Shown: positions 46,605-57,929, counted from the stretch's first letter. The stretch: 64,000 nt of DNA from Syntrophaceae bacterium (GCA_013177825.1 JABLXX010000001.1:208936-272935), one strand, 5' to 3'. Program-made: numbers and translations. The notes: generated from the sequence alone by a model not told the origin.

Positions 46605-48242
46605 TTACTTTTTTCGTTCTCTCGGGGGATCTTTCCGGCTGGAACGGGGCCGGCCGAAGCGGCCCGGTGATGAAAAGCCGATCACCACGAGGGTGCCGCC
46701 CAGGCAAAGGTAAACAAAGATGTCCCCATATGCCCCATAAAACGTCTTCTCGTCAATGAAATTCACGCTTCCGGCCAGGGCTGTCCTCTCGAAGATGCCC
46801 GTCTGCGCTGCGATTCTCCCGGTAGGATCCACAATGGCCGAGATGCCCGTATTGGCCGCCCGAATCAGGAACAGGCGGGTTTCCACGGCCCGGAATACCG
46901 TCATCGAAAGGTGCTGATAGGGAGCGGACGTCCGGCCGAACCAGGCATCGTTGGTAATGTTCACCAGCAGATCCGCTCCCTGGCGTTTGTAGGCCCGGCC
47001 GGCCTCTGCAAGAATCCCTTCATAGCAGATGAGGACCCCGGGCCGGTGGGCGCCCATCGTCAGAACCTGATATCCGGATCCGGACTCGAAATCGCCGATT
47101 CCTTCCGTCAGTGCCGTCAGAAAGGGGATGATCCGGCGGAACGGAACGTATTCCCCATAGGGCACAAGGTGGACCTTGTCGTACCGGCTTTGCACGGCTC
47201 CTTCCGGTGAAACGAGGAAGGCGCTGTTGAAGGAGGCGATCTCGCGCTCCCTTTGTTCGTAGCGCGGACTGCCCAGGATCAGCCAGGAAGCGGTTTCGCG
47301 GGGGAGGAATGTCACCTGTCGGTGCAGGTCGTTCCGGTCCTGGAAATAGAAAGGGGCGGCCGTCTCCGGCCAGACGACGAGACCGCCCGGCGGGGCGGGC
47401 GTCCGGCGCGAGAGGGAGGTGTAGATGTCGACCGTCTCCTGCTGGTATGCAGGGTCCCACTTCACGTCCTGCTCGATGTTTCCCTGGACGAGGCGAACGG
47501 CCAGAGAGGGGGCTCCTTCGAGCTTCTTCCCGATGTCTCCGATCCGCCACCATCCGTAACCGTGAACGGCGGCGATCAGAACGATACAGACCAGGACCTC
47601 CCGAAGCCATCGCCGGTTATCGGCCCGTTCGAAGAGAAGGCGGAAGAGAGCGGCATTCGCCATCACGACCAGGAACGTCAGGCCGTAGGTTCCGGTGAAC
47701 TCGGCCGTCTGAATGAAAGGCAGGTTCGGATACTGGGAGGCTCCCAGGTCCGCCCAGGGAAAACCGCTCAGGAGGCGGGACTTGACGAACTCGAGGGAAG
47801 TCCATACCAGCGGGGCTCCCAGGAGCAGCGGAAAGCCCCGATGCCTGAAGAAGACAAGAGCGCCTGCAAAGATGGAGACATAGAGCCCCAGGTACGCCGC
47901 CAGGAGGAGCATGACCGGGATTCCTACGGCGAAGGGAAGGCGGCCGTAGTGTACCACTACGTGAACGATCCAGTAGAGAATCCCGACATAGCCCGTGAAA
48001 CCGGCCGCCCACCCCAATCCGAACGCCTGCAGGATGGAGGCGTTCCGGACAGCGAGAAAAAGGGGCACGAGAGCCGCCCAGGCCACGACGGCCGACCCGT
48101 AACGCGGAAACGACAGACAGAGAAGCGCGCCGCTTGCCAGCGCCAGGAGCCAGGCACGGGATCCGTCGGCAGCCGGAATCCTTCCGGGTTCGCTGCTTCC
48201 GGCGGCTCCGTTTCTTTTCCCCGTCCGATCAGATCGCGTCAT
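46605..48242 (-). CDS. lnt: Apolipoprotein N-acyltransferase
   Basis: N-terminal polytopic membrane domain, then a CN-hydrolase domain (VVWPETA...; ICYEGIL catalytic Cys region). Confidence 0.9.
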   Translation of the reverse strand: MTRSDRTGKRNGAAGSSEPGRIPAADGSRAWLLALASGALLCLSFPRYGSAVVAWAALVPLFLAVRNASILQAFGLGWAAGFTGYVGILYWIVHVVVHYGRLPFAVGIPVMLLLAAYLGLYVSIFAGALVFFRHRGFPLLLGAPLVWTSLEFVKSRLLSGFPWADLGASQYPNLPFIQTAEFTGTYGLTFLVVMANAALFRLLFERADNRRWLREVLVCIVLIAAVHGYGWWRIGDIGKKLEGAPSLAVRLVQGNIEQDVKWDPAYQQETVDIYTSLSRRTPAPPGGLVVWPETAAPFYFQDRNDLHRQVTFLPRETASWLILGSPRYEQREREIASFNSAFLVSPEGAVQSRYDKVHLVPYGEYVPFRRIIPFLTALTEGIGDFESGSGYQVLTMGAHRPGVLICYEGILAEAGRAYKRQGADLLVNITNDAWFGRTSAPYQHLSMTVFRAVETRLFLIRAANTGISAIVDPTGRIAAQTGIFERTALAGSVNFIDEKTFYGAYGDIFVYLCLGGTLVVIGFSSPGRFGRPRSSRKDPPRERKK

Positions 48243-49059
48243 GATCGCCAGGCAGTTTCTTCATCCGGATCTTGCGTATGGTTCTCTCGTTTGCAGATTC
48301 AATTATGATTTCAAATGGATCGATAATGATGGTCTCCCCCGGCTCCGGAATCCGCATGATGTGATGGAGAATCAGTCCGCCCACGGTCTCGAACTTGCCC
48401 CGCGGCAGCTTCACGTCGAAGTGCTCCTCGATCTCCTCGATCTCGACACGGCCGTCCAGAAGAAAATAGCCGTCCGCGGCGGGCACAATCCGCCCTTCCC
48501 GGCTGTCATGCTCGTCGTGAATCTCCCCCACGATCTCCTCGATCAGGTCCTCGAACGTCACCAGCCCGGAGGTTCCTCCGTACTCGTCGATGACGATGGC
48601 CATATGGTGCTTCCGCTGCTTGAGTTCATGGAGAAGGATGTGGGTGTTCTTCGTTTCCGGGATGTAGTAGGGCTTGCGAAGAACCTGCAGAATGTCTTTT
48701 TCATCCAGGGATTTGGACCAGAATTTGAGCAGATCCTTCACGTTCATGACGCCGACGATGTTGTCGATGTTTCCCTGGTAGACGGGCATCCGGGTGTGAC
48801 CGTGAACCCTCACCAGTTCCAGGATCTCCTCGATAGTCGAGCGGGAACTGATCGCCACCATCTCCGTTCTCGGGATCATGACCTCCCGGACGACGGTGTC
48901 GCGAAACGCCAGGATGTTCTGGATCATGTCTCCCGACTGCGAATCCAGAAGCCCCTTTTCCTCGCCGTCGTCGACGATGGACTGGATCTCCTTTTCCAGC
49001 CGGTCGGGATCGCTGGAAGAAAGAATTCCCCTGAGAAACGTGGATACCTTTTTCTTCAA
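48229..49059 (-). CDS. corC: CBS-pair plus CorC_HlyC domain protein (CorC/YbeX-type Mg/Co efflux-associated)
   Basis: VREVMIPRTEMVAI, a CBS pair, MAIVIDEYGGTSGLVTFEDLIEEIVGEI, and a C-terminal transporter-associated domain. Confidence 0.88.
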   Translation of the reverse strand: MKKKVSTFLRGILSSSDPDRLEKEIQSIVDDGEEKGLLDSQSGDMIQNILAFRDTVVREVMIPRTEMVAISSRSTIEEILELVRVHGHTRMPVYQGNIDNIVGVMNVKDLLKFWSKSLDEKDILQVLRKPYYIPETKNTHILLHELKQRKHHMAIVIDEYGGTSGLVTFEDLIEEIVGEIHDEHDSREGRIVPAADGYFLLDGRVEIEEIEEHFDVKLPRGKFETVGGLILHHIMRIPEPGETIIIDPFEIIIESANERTIRKIRMKKLPGDHDAI

Positions 49060-49105
49060 GCCTTCCCCCCTTGTCCACCTTGTGGCAGGTCGACCACGGG
49101 CCGTA

Positions 49106-49987
49106 TCACAGTCCGCGAAGATATTCGGGCCTCAGCAGCCTCTTGTCCCGGGATTCGACCACTTCCCGGATGAGCCGCACCGTTTCTTCCTTCTCTTCCG
49201 GAAGCCGGGCCCGGATCGGAAGATAATTCGAGGCATGGTTGGACGTAAAGAAACAGTTCGTGAACCGGGAACGGCCGATCATGATCCCCAGTTCTTCAAG
49301 AAAGCCATATTGATCGGGAAGAACGAACCGACCTGCCTTCCAGTCGTCGTACAGCGGGGTCCCCGGAACCAGCATCAGGGTCAGGGCGCCGGTATAATCC
49401 GGATCCATCTCCGTCAGGATGTTCGCCGTCTCCAGCGCATGGACTGCGCTGTCCTCCACCCCGCCGATGCCCAGCAGAACGGTCACTGACAGGCCAATGC
49501 CCGCTTCCTTCAGTTTTCTCCCGGCATCCACTAATTGTCGGGGCGTTGCACCTTTCCGGATTTTCTCCAGGATGGCCCCGCTTCCGGATTCAACGCCCAG
49601 ATAAGCGATCCCCAATCCCAGCGCCCGAAGCTCCTTCAACTCCTCGGGGCTCTTTTTCCGCACGCTCTTGGCGTTTGCATAGAGTCCGACCCGCTCGATT
49701 CCTCGAACATTGGCCCTGAGGTCGGTGAGAATTTCAATAAGCCTGGCCTGCGGGAGAATCAGGGCGTCGCCGCCTACGAGAAAAACCTTCCCGACAGGCC
49801 GCCTCAGAGAGAAACGGGCCGCCTCCCGGATGTCCTCCCGGATCTCGTCAAAGGATTTGATCCTAAATTTCTCCCCTTTATAGGTCGGACAGAAGGTGCA
49901 TTTGTTGTGGGAGCAGCCGACGCTGACCTGAAGAAGCAGGCTTTCTGCCTCACTGGGCGGTCTGATGATCATTCCCTCGTATTTCAT
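49106..49987 (-). CDS. Radical SAM enzyme of unknown function with a non-canonical CX4CX2C cluster motif
   Basis: MKYEGMIIRPPSEAESLLLQVSVGCSHNKCTFCPTY, FLVGGDAL, GVESGS. Start set at 49987, because the longer ORF would run through the tRNA-Asp terminator. Confidence 0.75.
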   Translation of the reverse strand: MKYEGMIIRPPSEAESLLLQVSVGCSHNKCTFCPTYKGEKFRIKSFDEIREDIREAARFSLRRPVGKVFLVGGDALILPQARLIEILTDLRANVRGIERVGLYANAKSVRKKSPEELKELRALGLGIAYLGVESGSGAILEKIRKGATPRQLVDAGRKLKEAGIGLSVTVLLGIGGVEDSAVHALETANILTEMDPDYTGALTLMLVPGTPLYDDWKAGRFVLPDQYGFLEELGIMIGRSRFTNCFFTSNHASNYLPIRARLPEEKEETVRLIREVVESRDKRLLRPEYLRGL

Positions 49988-50006
49988 GTGCCATCGCCTC
50001 TGGACG

Positions 50007-50040
50007 AAAAAGGGGGGTTGACCTGTCTGGCCAACCCCCC
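50007..50040 (-). terminator. Rho-independent terminator after tRNA-Asp
   Basis: The minus strand reads GGGGGGTTG-(11 nt loop)-CAACCCCCC followed by TTTTT: a 9-bp GC-rich stem. Confidence 0.75.
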
Positions 50041-50050
50041 TCAGCATATT

Positions 50051-50127
<77 letters not shown>

Positions 50128-50200
50128 GTTATGCTCACTGTCTTTTTGTAAAAGAATACTCCTGTTTTTCCGCGAATGCAAACAAGAGTCTCGCTCTATC

Positions 50201-50276
50201 TGGTAGGCGGAACAGGACTCGAACCTGTGACATCCACGGTGTAAGCGTGGCGCTCTCCCAGCTGAGCTACCCGCCC
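50201..50276 (-). tRNA. tRNA-Val (anticodon TAC), CCA encoded
   Basis: Minus strand GGGCGGGTAGCTCAGCTGGGAGAGCGCCACGCTTACACCGTGGATGTCACAGGTTCGAGTCCTGTTCCGCCTACCA. Anticodon loop CTTACAC. The acceptor stem has two G-U pairs. Confidence 0.88.
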
Positions 50277-50344
50277 AAATCCGGAGGACGCCCTTTAGCA
50301 GATCGAAAAGAGTCTTGTCAAGTCCAACCTTGCTCAATATCCCG

Positions 50345-52801
50345 TTAATGCGTGATCGAAGTCGATACGGATTCTCCGCGTGAACCGGATGCCGCGTCTT
50401 CCCCGGTTTCCCGGCGAAGGGTTCCCGCAAACAAGGGCGCTTCAGTGGATGGATCCCCTGCGAAGGCCACCTTGAGAACATCGTCCATATGCTCCACGAA
50501 GACAATCTCCAACGCCTTCAGGACATTGGATGGAACCTCCGCCAGGTCCTTCTCGTTATCCTTGGGAATGATGACGGTCTTCAGATTTCCCCGATGGGCC
50601 GCCAGAAGCTTTTCTTTCAGTCCGCCGATCGGCAGAACCCTTCCCCGGAGTGTGATTTCTCCGGTCATGGCCAGATCGCCCCTGATTTTTCTGCGAATGA
50701 ATGCAGAAGCGATGGAGGTCGCCATGGCGATGCCCGCCGAGGGACCATCCTTGGGGATCGCTCCCTCGGGGACATGGATATGGACGTCAATATCTTTGTA
50801 GAAGTTCTCTTCGAGGCCGAATTTTTCCGCTCTGGCACGCACATAGGTCAATGCCGCCTGAACCGACTCCTGCATGACATCTCCTAGCTTGCCCGTCATG
50901 ACCATCCGTCCCGTTCCCTTCATGAGGGAAGACTCGATATTGAGCAGTTCCCCGCCCACTTCCGTCCAGGCCAGGCCGATACAGAGGCCGATCTCGTCCC
51001 TTCCTTCCGCCTCGCCATGGCGGAACTTGGGCACGCCAAGGTACTTGGAGACATTTTTCGACGTGATCTTCAACTGGTTCTTCTTCCCGTTCGTCACGAT
51101 CTCCCGGGCCACCTTCCGGCAAATGGAGGCGATTTCCCGCTCCAGGTTCCGCACACCCGCTTCCCGTGTGTACTGGCGGATGATGCCCAGGATGGACCCG
51201 TCTGTAAAAAGGATATGCTCAGCTTGCAGCCCGTTGGCCTCCATGGACTTTTTAACCAGGAATTTCTTTGCGATATTGAGCTTTTCCGGTTCCGTGTAGC
51301 CGGCAATCCGGATGACCTCCATGCGGTCCTGCAGTGGAGCCGGGATCGTCTGCAGAACATTGGCGGTGGTGATGAACATGACGTCGGACAAGTCGTAGTC
51401 GACTTCCAGGTAATGGTCATTGAAGCTGCCGTTCTGCTCCGGATCAAGCACTTCCAGAAGGGCCGACGAGGGATCGCCGCGGAAATCGGACGAGAGCTTG
51501 TCCACTTCGTCCAGGCAGAAGACCGGGTTGCTCGTGCCGGCCTTCTTCATCAGCTGTACGATCTTGCCCGGAAGCGCGCCGATGTAGGTTCTTCTGTGTC
51601 CGCGAATCTCCGCCTCGTCCCGCACGCCCCCCAGGGAGAAGCGGACGAACTTCCGGTTCGTGGAACGGGCCACGGACTTGGCGATGGAGGTTTTCCCCAC
51701 CCCCGGCGGACCTACGAGGCAGAGGATGGAACCCTTGTTTTTCTTCACCAGGCTCTGGACTGCCAGGTACTCCAGGATTCGCTCCTTCACCTGCTTGAGC
51801 CCGTAATGGTCTTCCTCGAGGATGGCCTCCGATTCCTTCAGGGTGTAAGCGTTGTCCGTCTTCTCGAACCAGGGAATGTCGAGGAGCCAGTCTATATAGT
51901 TGCGGACCACCGTCGCTTCCGCCGACATAGGGGCCATCATCTGCAGTTTTTTGATCTCCTGGCGGACTTTCTTGTCCGCCTCCTCGGAGAGTTTTTTCGC
52001 CTTGAGCTTTTTCTCAAGATCCTGAATCTCGTTTTTGAAGTCGTCCTTCTCCCCCATCTCCTTCTGGATGGCCCGCATCTGCTCGTTGAGGTAGTAGTCT
52101 TTCTGGGTCTTCTCCATCTGCTTTTTGACCCGCTTCTTGATCTTCTCCTCAACCTGCAGGATCTCAATCTCTCCGATCATCAGCTCATAAACGGCCTCCA
52201 ACCGCTCGTTGAGATTCGTGATCTCGAGAACCCGCTGTTTCTCCTCCAGCTTGACGTTCAGATGGGAAACGACGATATCCGACATCTTGGCGGCGTCTTC
52301 CATGGCGGAAACGGTAGCTATCATTTCCACGTGAATCTTTTTGCTGAGCTTCACATAACTCTCAAAGGCTTCCTTGAGGTTTCTTACCAAAGCCTCCGTT
52401 TTTACTGTATCTTCTCCTTCGTCACTTTCCACCTCCCGAACGCGGACCAGAAAATAGTCCTCGTTGGGGAGATATTCTTCGATAACTCCCCGACTTTTAC
52501 CCTCAACGAGCACTTTCACGGTGCCGTCGGGAAGCCTCAGAAGCTGGATGATGATGCCGATGGTCCCGATCGAATAGATATCTTCTTCCGCGGGCTCGTC
52601 TTTCTGAGCCAGTTTCTGGGCCACGAGAAAAATGCCCTTCTCGTGCTTCATGGCCGATTCGAGGGCGGAGATCGACTTTTCCCGTCCCACGAAAAGAGGG
52701 ACGATCATGTGCGGGAAAACGACTACATCCCGAAGCGGCAGGAGCGGAATGGAAACGATCCTGGATTTGTTTTCGTCGGCACTGCTGTCAAATATGGCCA
52801 C
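50345..52801 (-). CDS. lon: ATP-dependent Lon protease
   Basis: LON N-domain [15 protein letters not shown], Walker [10 protein letters not shown], proteolytic Ser region [11 protein letters not shown]. Confidence 0.97.
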   Translation of the reverse strand: MAIFDSSADENKSRIVSIPLLPLRDVVVFPHMIVPLFVGREKSISALESAMKHEKGIFLVAQKLAQKDEPAEEDIYSIGTIGIIIQLLRLPDGTVKVLVEGKSRGVIEEYLPNEDYFLVRVREVESDEGEDTVKTEALVRNLKEAFESYVKLSKKIHVEMIATVSAMEDAAKMSDIVVSHLNVKLEEKQRVLEITNLNERLEAVYELMIGEIEILQVEEKIKKRVKKQMEKTQKDYYLNEQMRAIQKEMGEKDDFKNEIQDLEKKLKAKKLSEEADKKVRQEIKKLQMMAPMSAEATVVRNYIDWLLDIPWFEKTDNAYTLKESEAILEEDHYGLKQVKERILEYLAVQSLVKKNKGSILCLVGPPGVGKTSIAKSVARSTNRKFVRFSLGGVRDEAEIRGHRRTYIGALPGKIVQLMKKAGTSNPVFCLDEVDKLSSDFRGDPSSALLEVLDPEQNGSFNDHYLEVDYDLSDVMFITTANVLQTIPAPLQDRMEVIRIAGYTEPEKLNIAKKFLVKKSMEANGLQAEHILFTDGSILGIIRQYTREAGVRNLEREIASICRKVAREIVTNGKKNQLKITSKNVSKYLGVPKFRHGEAEGRDEIGLCIGLAWTEVGGELLNIESSLMKGTGRMVMTGKLGDVMQESVQAALTYVRARAEKFGLEENFYKDIDVHIHVPEGAIPKDGPSAGIAMATSIASAFIRRKIRGDLAMTGEITLRGRVLPIGGLKEKLLAAHRGNLKTVIIPKDNEKDLAEVPSNVLKALEIVFVEHMDDVLKVAFAGDPSTEAPLFAGTLRRETGEDAASGSRGESVSTSITH

Positions 52802-52852
52802 TGGGTCACCCCGTTCTATTGTCTCTGTTTAGGCATCCGGCGTGATCGCCGC

Positions 52853-54115
52853 TCAGGCCGTCTCCGTTTTCTTTTCCATGACGAAGAGCGGCATTTCCTT
52901 CCGGAGCACGACCTCATCGCTGATAATGCACTCCTGGATATCGTTCCGGGAGGGAAGCTCGTACATGATGTCCAGCATCGTATTTTCGAGAATGGCACGC
53001 AATCCTCTCGCGCCGGCCTTGCGGTCTACAGACAGCTTGGCGATGGACCGAAGGGCTCCGTCGGTAAACTTCAGAGCCACGTTTTCCATCTCAAATATTT
53101 TCCGGTACTGCTTGATGATCGCGTCTTTCGGCTCCACAAGGATCCGGATCATGTCGTCCTGGGTCAACTCGTCGAGGGTTGACACGACGGGAAGCCGGCC
53201 GATAAACTCGGGAATCATTCCGTATTTCAGGAGATCTTCCGGCTGAACCTCCGCGAGGAGTTCGCTCAGCCGCCGATCCCGCTTGCTCCGCACATCGGCA
53301 CCGAATCCCATGGAGGTCGCTCCGATGCGCTTGGCAATGATGTCTTCGATCCCGTTGAAAGCCCCGCCACAGATGAACAGGATGTTCGTCGTGTCCACCT
53401 GGATGAATTCCTGTTGGGGATGCTTCCGTCCCCCTTTCGGCGGAATGTTCGCCAGGGTACCCTCGATGATCTTGAGCAAGGCCTGCTGGACGCCTTCCCC
53501 GGAAACGTCCCGGGTGATCGAAGGATTTCCCGATTTCTTGGCGATCTTGTCGATTTCGTCGATGTAGACGATCCCCCGGGACGCACGCTCTACGTCATAG
53601 TCGGCATTCTGAAGGAGGCTCAGGATGATGTTCTCAACGTCCTCCCCCACATATCCCGCCTCGGTCAAAGTCGTCGCATCGGCAATGGTGAACGGGACGT
53701 TCAGGATTTTCGCCAGGGTCTTGGCGAGCAGGGTTTTTCCCGAACCCGTGGGACCGATGAGCAGGATGTTGCTCTTCTGGATTTCAACCCCGTCCAGGCT
53801 CACATTCGAGGAGAGCCGGCGGTAGTGGTTGTAGACCGCCACGGAGAGCACCTTCTTCGGCTTCTCCTGGCCGATTACGTACTGATCGAGAAAAGACTTT
53901 ATTTCCCGGGGCTCCGGAATCGTCTGGCGAGGCTCGTCGAGGAGGGGCGCATCGGTCTCCTCGTCTACGATGCAACGGCAGAGTTCGATGCATTCGTCAC
54001 AAATATAGGCCGTGGGCCCGGCGACGAGCTTGCGTACCTCGTTCTGGCTCTTTCCGCAGAACGAGCAATAAAGCATTCCCGGACCGCCGTGCACATCCCG
54101 TCCTTTCCTAACCAT
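52853..54115 (-). CDS. clpX: ATP-dependent Clp protease ATP-binding subunit ClpX
   Basis: Zinc finger [11 protein letters not shown]...YICDEC, Walker [17 protein letters not shown]. Confidence 0.97.
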   Translation of the reverse strand: MVRKGRDVHGGPGMLYCSFCGKSQNEVRKLVAGPTAYICDECIELCRCIVDEETDAPLLDEPRQTIPEPREIKSFLDQYVIGQEKPKKVLSVAVYNHYRRLSSNVSLDGVEIQKSNILLIGPTGSGKTLLAKTLAKILNVPFTIADATTLTEAGYVGEDVENIILSLLQNADYDVERASRGIVYIDEIDKIAKKSGNPSITRDVSGEGVQQALLKIIEGTLANIPPKGGRKHPQQEFIQVDTTNILFICGGAFNGIEDIIAKRIGATSMGFGADVRSKRDRRLSELLAEVQPEDLLKYGMIPEFIGRLPVVSTLDELTQDDMIRILVEPKDAIIKQYRKIFEMENVALKFTDGALRSIAKLSVDRKAGARGLRAILENTMLDIMYELPSRNDIQECIISDEVVLRKEMPLFVMEKKTETA

Positions 54116-54190
54116 GTCATTCTCCTGTTCGCTTCAACCGCTATTTCCCGGCTTAACCAGTTCAATCCGGCAATGGATGCCGAACCGGTG

Positions 54191-54790
54191 TTACTTGTTA
54201 TCCTTCGCAGGCCTTTTCTGCAGGATCTCATCGATGATTCCGTACTCCTTGGCCTGTTGGCTGTCCATGTAATAATCACGCTCCGTGTCTGCCTGGATTT
54301 TCGCCAGGGCCTGTCCGGTCAGGTCGGACAGAATGGCATTGAGCTCATCCTTCAGGCGCAGGATTTCCCTCGCTTGAATGTCGATATCGGTCGCCTGCCC
54401 CTGAAATCCGCCGAGGGGCTGATGGATCAGGATCCTCGAGTGTGGAAGGGCGAAACGCTTCCCCTTCTCACCCGCTGCAAGCAGGAGGGCACACATGCTG
54501 GCTGCCTGTCCCATGCAAAATGTATGGACGGGACAGCGAACGTACCGCATCGTGTCGTAGATGGCGAGTCCCGAACTGACATGACCGCCCGGCGAGTTCA
54601 GGTAAAAGAATATTTCCCGGTCCGGATCCTCCGATTCCAGGTAGAGGAGTTGGGCGATGATGAGGTTCGAGACGTGATCGTCGATCGGCGTTCCCAGGAA
54701 AATGATCCGATCCTTCAGAAGGCGCGAATAGATATCGAAGGCCCGCTCTCCACGACCATCCTGTTCAACGACCATTGGAATCAGAGGCAT
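54191..54790 (-). CDS. clpP: ATP-dependent Clp protease proteolytic subunit
   Basis: [16 protein letters not shown], catalytic Ser in GQAASM, His in IHQPLGG. The start shares 1 nt with the tig stop. Confidence 0.97.
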   Translation of the reverse strand: MPLIPMVVEQDGRGERAFDIYSRLLKDRIIFLGTPIDDHVSNLIIAQLLYLESEDPDREIFFYLNSPGGHVSSGLAIYDTMRYVRCPVHTFCMGQAASMCALLLAAGEKGKRFALPHSRILIHQPLGGFQGQATDIDIQAREILRLKDELNAILSDLTGQALAKIQADTERDYYMDSQQAKEYGIIDEILQKRPAKDNK

Positions 54791-56118
54791 CAGGCAACCT
54801 CCCCGGCTCCGGCAGGTGCCGCTACGGGAGTGATCTTCGCGCGGTCGATGATGAACTCGAATACCTTCTCGTTCCGCAACTCCAGGCGAATGTCTTCGAT
54901 CCGCTCCTCCTCCTCGAACTGCTGCTTCAGCGTCTCGACAGGCACCCCCCTCTTCGCGGCCAGTTCGCCGATCCTGCTCTCGACCTCCTCGTCGTTGACG
55001 TCGATCGCTTCGATCTGGGCGATCTTCTTCAAGATCAGGATCGATTTCACGACCTTTTTCGCCTCTTCGCGCATCCGTTCGAGCTGGGAGAAGGCCCGTT
55101 GCGAGGCCTGTTCCTTGGGCATTCCCTGTGCCATAAGGGACCGGTGCAGATCGCCCATCATGAGGATCACCTGCCGATCCTGAAAAGAGGGCGGAATTTC
55201 AAAATCATGACCCGTTACCAGCTTGTCCAGAATCTGGTCCCGAAGGGCGCTCCGTGAACGCGCCTCCGCTTCCTCTCCGAGGGATTTTTGAAGATCGGCA
55301 CGGAATTCTTCCATGTTTTCATATTTTTCGAAGTTCTTGACAAATTCTTCGTTTACTTCGGGAAGCTTCTTTTCGCGGATATCCCGGATCTTCACCTTGA
55401 AGACGGCCTCCTTGCCGGCCATGTCCGGCACTCCGTACTCCGCCGGAAAGGTGATGGGAAACTCCTTCTCTTCCTCCTTGGACAAACCGACGAGCTGGTC
55501 TTCAAACCCCGGGATGAACCGGCCCGATCCCACTTCCAGAAAATACCCGTCCGCCTTCATTTCATCCCGGGCAACACCATCCAGGGATCCCTGGAAATCA
55601 AGCGTGACGAAATCGCCATGGATGATCGCCCTGTCGCTGCTGAGTTCTCCCAGCGTAGCGAACATTTCCCGGATCTGGTCGATCCGCCGGTCGACGTCCT
55701 CGTTAGTGACGGAGACTTCCTGCCTCTCCAACTCCATCCCGGCATAATCCTTCGGTTCCACCAGCGGTTCCACTTCCACCGTCGCCGTGAAGGAAAAGTT
55801 CTTGTCCGGCTCGATCCCCTTCTGGTCGATGACCGGCTGCGCAACGGCCTGGATATCACGAGCCTGCAGGGCATCCCAATAATGCCGGTTTACCAGGTTG
55901 GTCACGGCTTCCCCTTCCGCCTGGTCCTTATAATACACTTCCAGAACCTGCCTGGGTACCTTACCCTGCCGAAAGCCCTTGACATGAGCCTTTTTCCCGA
56001 CCTGGCGGTAAGCTGCCTCCAGTTCCTTTTTTACATCCTCCCAAGGAACGTCGAATGACAGTTTCTTCTGGACAGGACTGATCTCTTCAACCTGAACCGC
56101 TGCTGTCGTTTCCGTCAC
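54790..56118 (-). CDS. tig: Trigger factor
   Basis: [18 protein letters not shown]..., an FKBP-type PPIase core and a C-terminal arm domain. GTG start at 56118 with AGGAG 7 nt upstream, preferred over the ATG extension at 56172. Confidence 0.92.
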   Translation of the reverse strand: MTETTAAVQVEEISPVQKKLSFDVPWEDVKKELEAAYRQVGKKAHVKGFRQGKVPRQVLEVYYKDQAEGEAVTNLVNRHYWDALQARDIQAVAQPVIDQKGIEPDKNFSFTATVEVEPLVEPKDYAGMELERQEVSVTNEDVDRRIDQIREMFATLGELSSDRAIIHGDFVTLDFQGSLDGVARDEMKADGYFLEVGSGRFIPGFEDQLVGLSKEEEKEFPITFPAEYGVPDMAGKEAVFKVKIRDIREKKLPEVNEEFVKNFEKYENMEEFRADLQKSLGEEAEARSRSALRDQILDKLVTGHDFEIPPSFQDRQVILMMGDLHRSLMAQGMPKEQASQRAFSQLERMREEAKKVVKSILILKKIAQIEAIDVNDEEVESRIGELAAKRGVPVETLKQQFEEEERIEDIRLELRNEKVFEFIIDRAKITPVAAPAGAGEVA

Positions 56119-56504
56119 AATTTGTCTCCTGAGCTGGGATAACGGCTGATGGAGAAAGGGGGTCGGGAACAAACCGGGGAATGGCGTTGTGAGAAAAATG
56201 GAAAGTGAACCCTGATCACGTCACCCGATGGATCCTGAATCCTTCAGCCGTGGTATGATAATCATCCTACAGGGGTGCGTCAATAGTGAAAACGACCCGT
56301 GCTGTCAAGCAAAACCTAACTCATGGCAGGGAAAGGGGATTTATTCGATGGTGGCATGTTTGGAGCACACCACCCGACCGTTTCCTTCCTTGCTTCGCCT
56401 GTAACCGGCTCTGTTTCAATTCCGCCGGGAAGATTCCTGATCGTACCGTGCTCAGCGTATTCAACTCCGGCCCTCTTGCTTCCCTGAACATCCGGCCTGA
56501 TCGC

Positions 56505-57005
56505 TTAAATATGCTCCGGTTTCCGTTGGGATTCCTTTTCCCTCGTTTTTTCAGCCAGACGCGATTCCCTTCTGATCTTCGCTTCCCGGTTGCGGCGCTC
56601 CTCGACGGCCGTCTCCAGAATCAGTTCCGGCAGGGGCTGGGGGCGGTTGTTCTTGTCGAGAGCCACAAAGGTTAGGTAGGCCGTCGAGGTATGGCGTATT
56701 TCACCGGTGCAGACATCCTCCGACTCCACACGAACCCCCACTTCCATTGAGGTCCGCCCCACGAAGTTCAAGCTGGCCCGCATTGTGACCAGGTTGCCGA
56801 CAAATACGGGATGATAAAAGTCCAGGCGGTCGATGGAGGCCGTCACGGCCATCGATCCGGCGTGCCGCATGGCAACGACTCCGGCGACCGTATCGATGAG
56901 CTTCATGATGACTCCTCCGTGGACGTTCCCGGCCGGATTCGCATCCTGGGGATTCATTACCTGAGCCATGACGGCTGAGCTGTTCTGCACCGTTTTTGCT
57001 GTCAT
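56505..57005 (-). CDS. Acyl-CoA thioesterase (YciA/BFIT hotdog family)
   Basis: ANPAGNVHGGVIMKLIDTVAGVVA is the YciA-type hotdog signature. RBS GGGAGAG upstream. Confidence 0.8.
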   Translation of the reverse strand: MTAKTVQNSSAVMAQVMNPQDANPAGNVHGGVIMKLIDTVAGVVAMRHAGSMAVTASIDRLDFYHPVFVGNLVTMRASLNFVGRTSMEVGVRVESEDVCTGEIRHTSTAYLTFVALDKNNRPQPLPELILETAVEERRNREAKIRRESRLAEKTREKESQRKPEHI

Positions 57006-57138
57006 TTCAATTCTCTCCCATTATCCTTTCCGATCTGTTCCCTATTCATTTCCATAACGACCTCCCGGCACATTCCGGGGATGACAAAGCCGGTCCCCTA
57101 CCTTTGCCTGTCTTGACCAACGACGATGCCCTGAATCT

Positions 57139-57567
57139 TCAGGGGCGGTCGGTGACGAGCGTCTTGCTTGACGCCGTGATGTACCTGTTCCCCAGAGTAT
57201 CGGAAACCGTTCCCTTCAACGTCACGACGGTTCCGGAAAGAGACGGTTTGTCCCGGACGTCCGTCACCTCCCAGGAGATTTCCACTTCCTGCCCTGCCTT
57301 CACCGCCCCATGGGCAATGCAGGAGAACTCGATCCCGACACCGATGCGGCCGGAGGGCCGGTAGAAATGGGTGGCCACCAGGCCCGTCATAAGCGATATC
57401 AGTTGGCCCCCCGGGACGACCAGGTCCCCGAAGCGGCTCCGGCGTGCGAAGTCCGCATCGCTGTGGATCGGGCTCACGTCTCCGGTTATGGAGGCAAAGC
57501 TCTTTGCTTCTTCGGCGGTTACCATGATTTTGCGTTTGAACCGTTCACCGATGACGATATTCTCCAT
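57139..57567 (-). CDS. MaoC-like (R)-specific enoyl-CoA hydratase/dehydratase
   Basis: FASITGDVSPIHSDADFARRSRFGDLVVPGG is the MaoC hydratase motif, on a single hotdog fold. Confidence 0.8.
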   Translation of the reverse strand: MENIVIGERFKRKIMVTAEEAKSFASITGDVSPIHSDADFARRSRFGDLVVPGGQLISLMTGLVATHFYRPSGRIGVGIEFSCIAHGAVKAGQEVEISWEVTDVRDKPSLSGTVVTLKGTVSDTLGNRYITASSKTLVTDRP

Positions 57568-57823
57568 ACAGGGTCGCCTCCTCTGTTTCCCCGAAATTGT
57601 TCAGGCAAGGATCGGCCGAGTGGCCATCCAAATCCTGGAACTCTTCCGAACTGCTGTGCGAAATGATGGCTGCGCATGGTAGGCCCCTCAATCATGCATC
57701 ATACCTGCAGAGCACAGCATTCATGCCGGTTCTCGAGAATTTACCCACAATATCACCCACAATCAGCGATTTGAAGAGCGTGGGCATCAAAACGGAAGAC
57801 AGGTAAGCTCTTGATTAATATGA

Positions 57824-57910
57824 TGGTGCGAAAGGAGGGATTTGAACCCTCAAGGGCTCTCGCCCGCTGGATCCTAAGTCCAGTGCGTCTGCCAGTTCCG
57901 CCACTCTCGC
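57824..57910 (-). tRNA. tRNA-Leu (anticodon TAG), CCA encoded
   Basis: Minus strand GCGAGAGTGGCGGAACTGGCAGACGCACTGGACTTAGGATCCAGCGGGCGAGAGCCCTTGAGGGTTCAAATCCCTCCTTTCGCACCA. Long variable arm; anticodon loop CTTAGGA. Confidence 0.9.
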
Positions 57911-57929
57911 AATTTGAATGAGGTTTTTC

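Noticed and set aside
50316-50344. Promoter for the tRNA-Val/Asp pair (minus-strand TTGACA at 50321-50316)
   Set aside because: The -35 hexamer is perfect, but the best -10 candidate (TAAAGG/CTAAAG) is weak, so I did not list it as a feature. It may still be functional.
51017-55183. Plus-strand ORFs of 721 aa (51017-53182) and 589 aa (53414-55183) opposite lon, clpX and clpP
   Set aside because: They are antisense to unmistakable Lon/ClpX/ClpP coding sequence. No domain signatures and biased composition.
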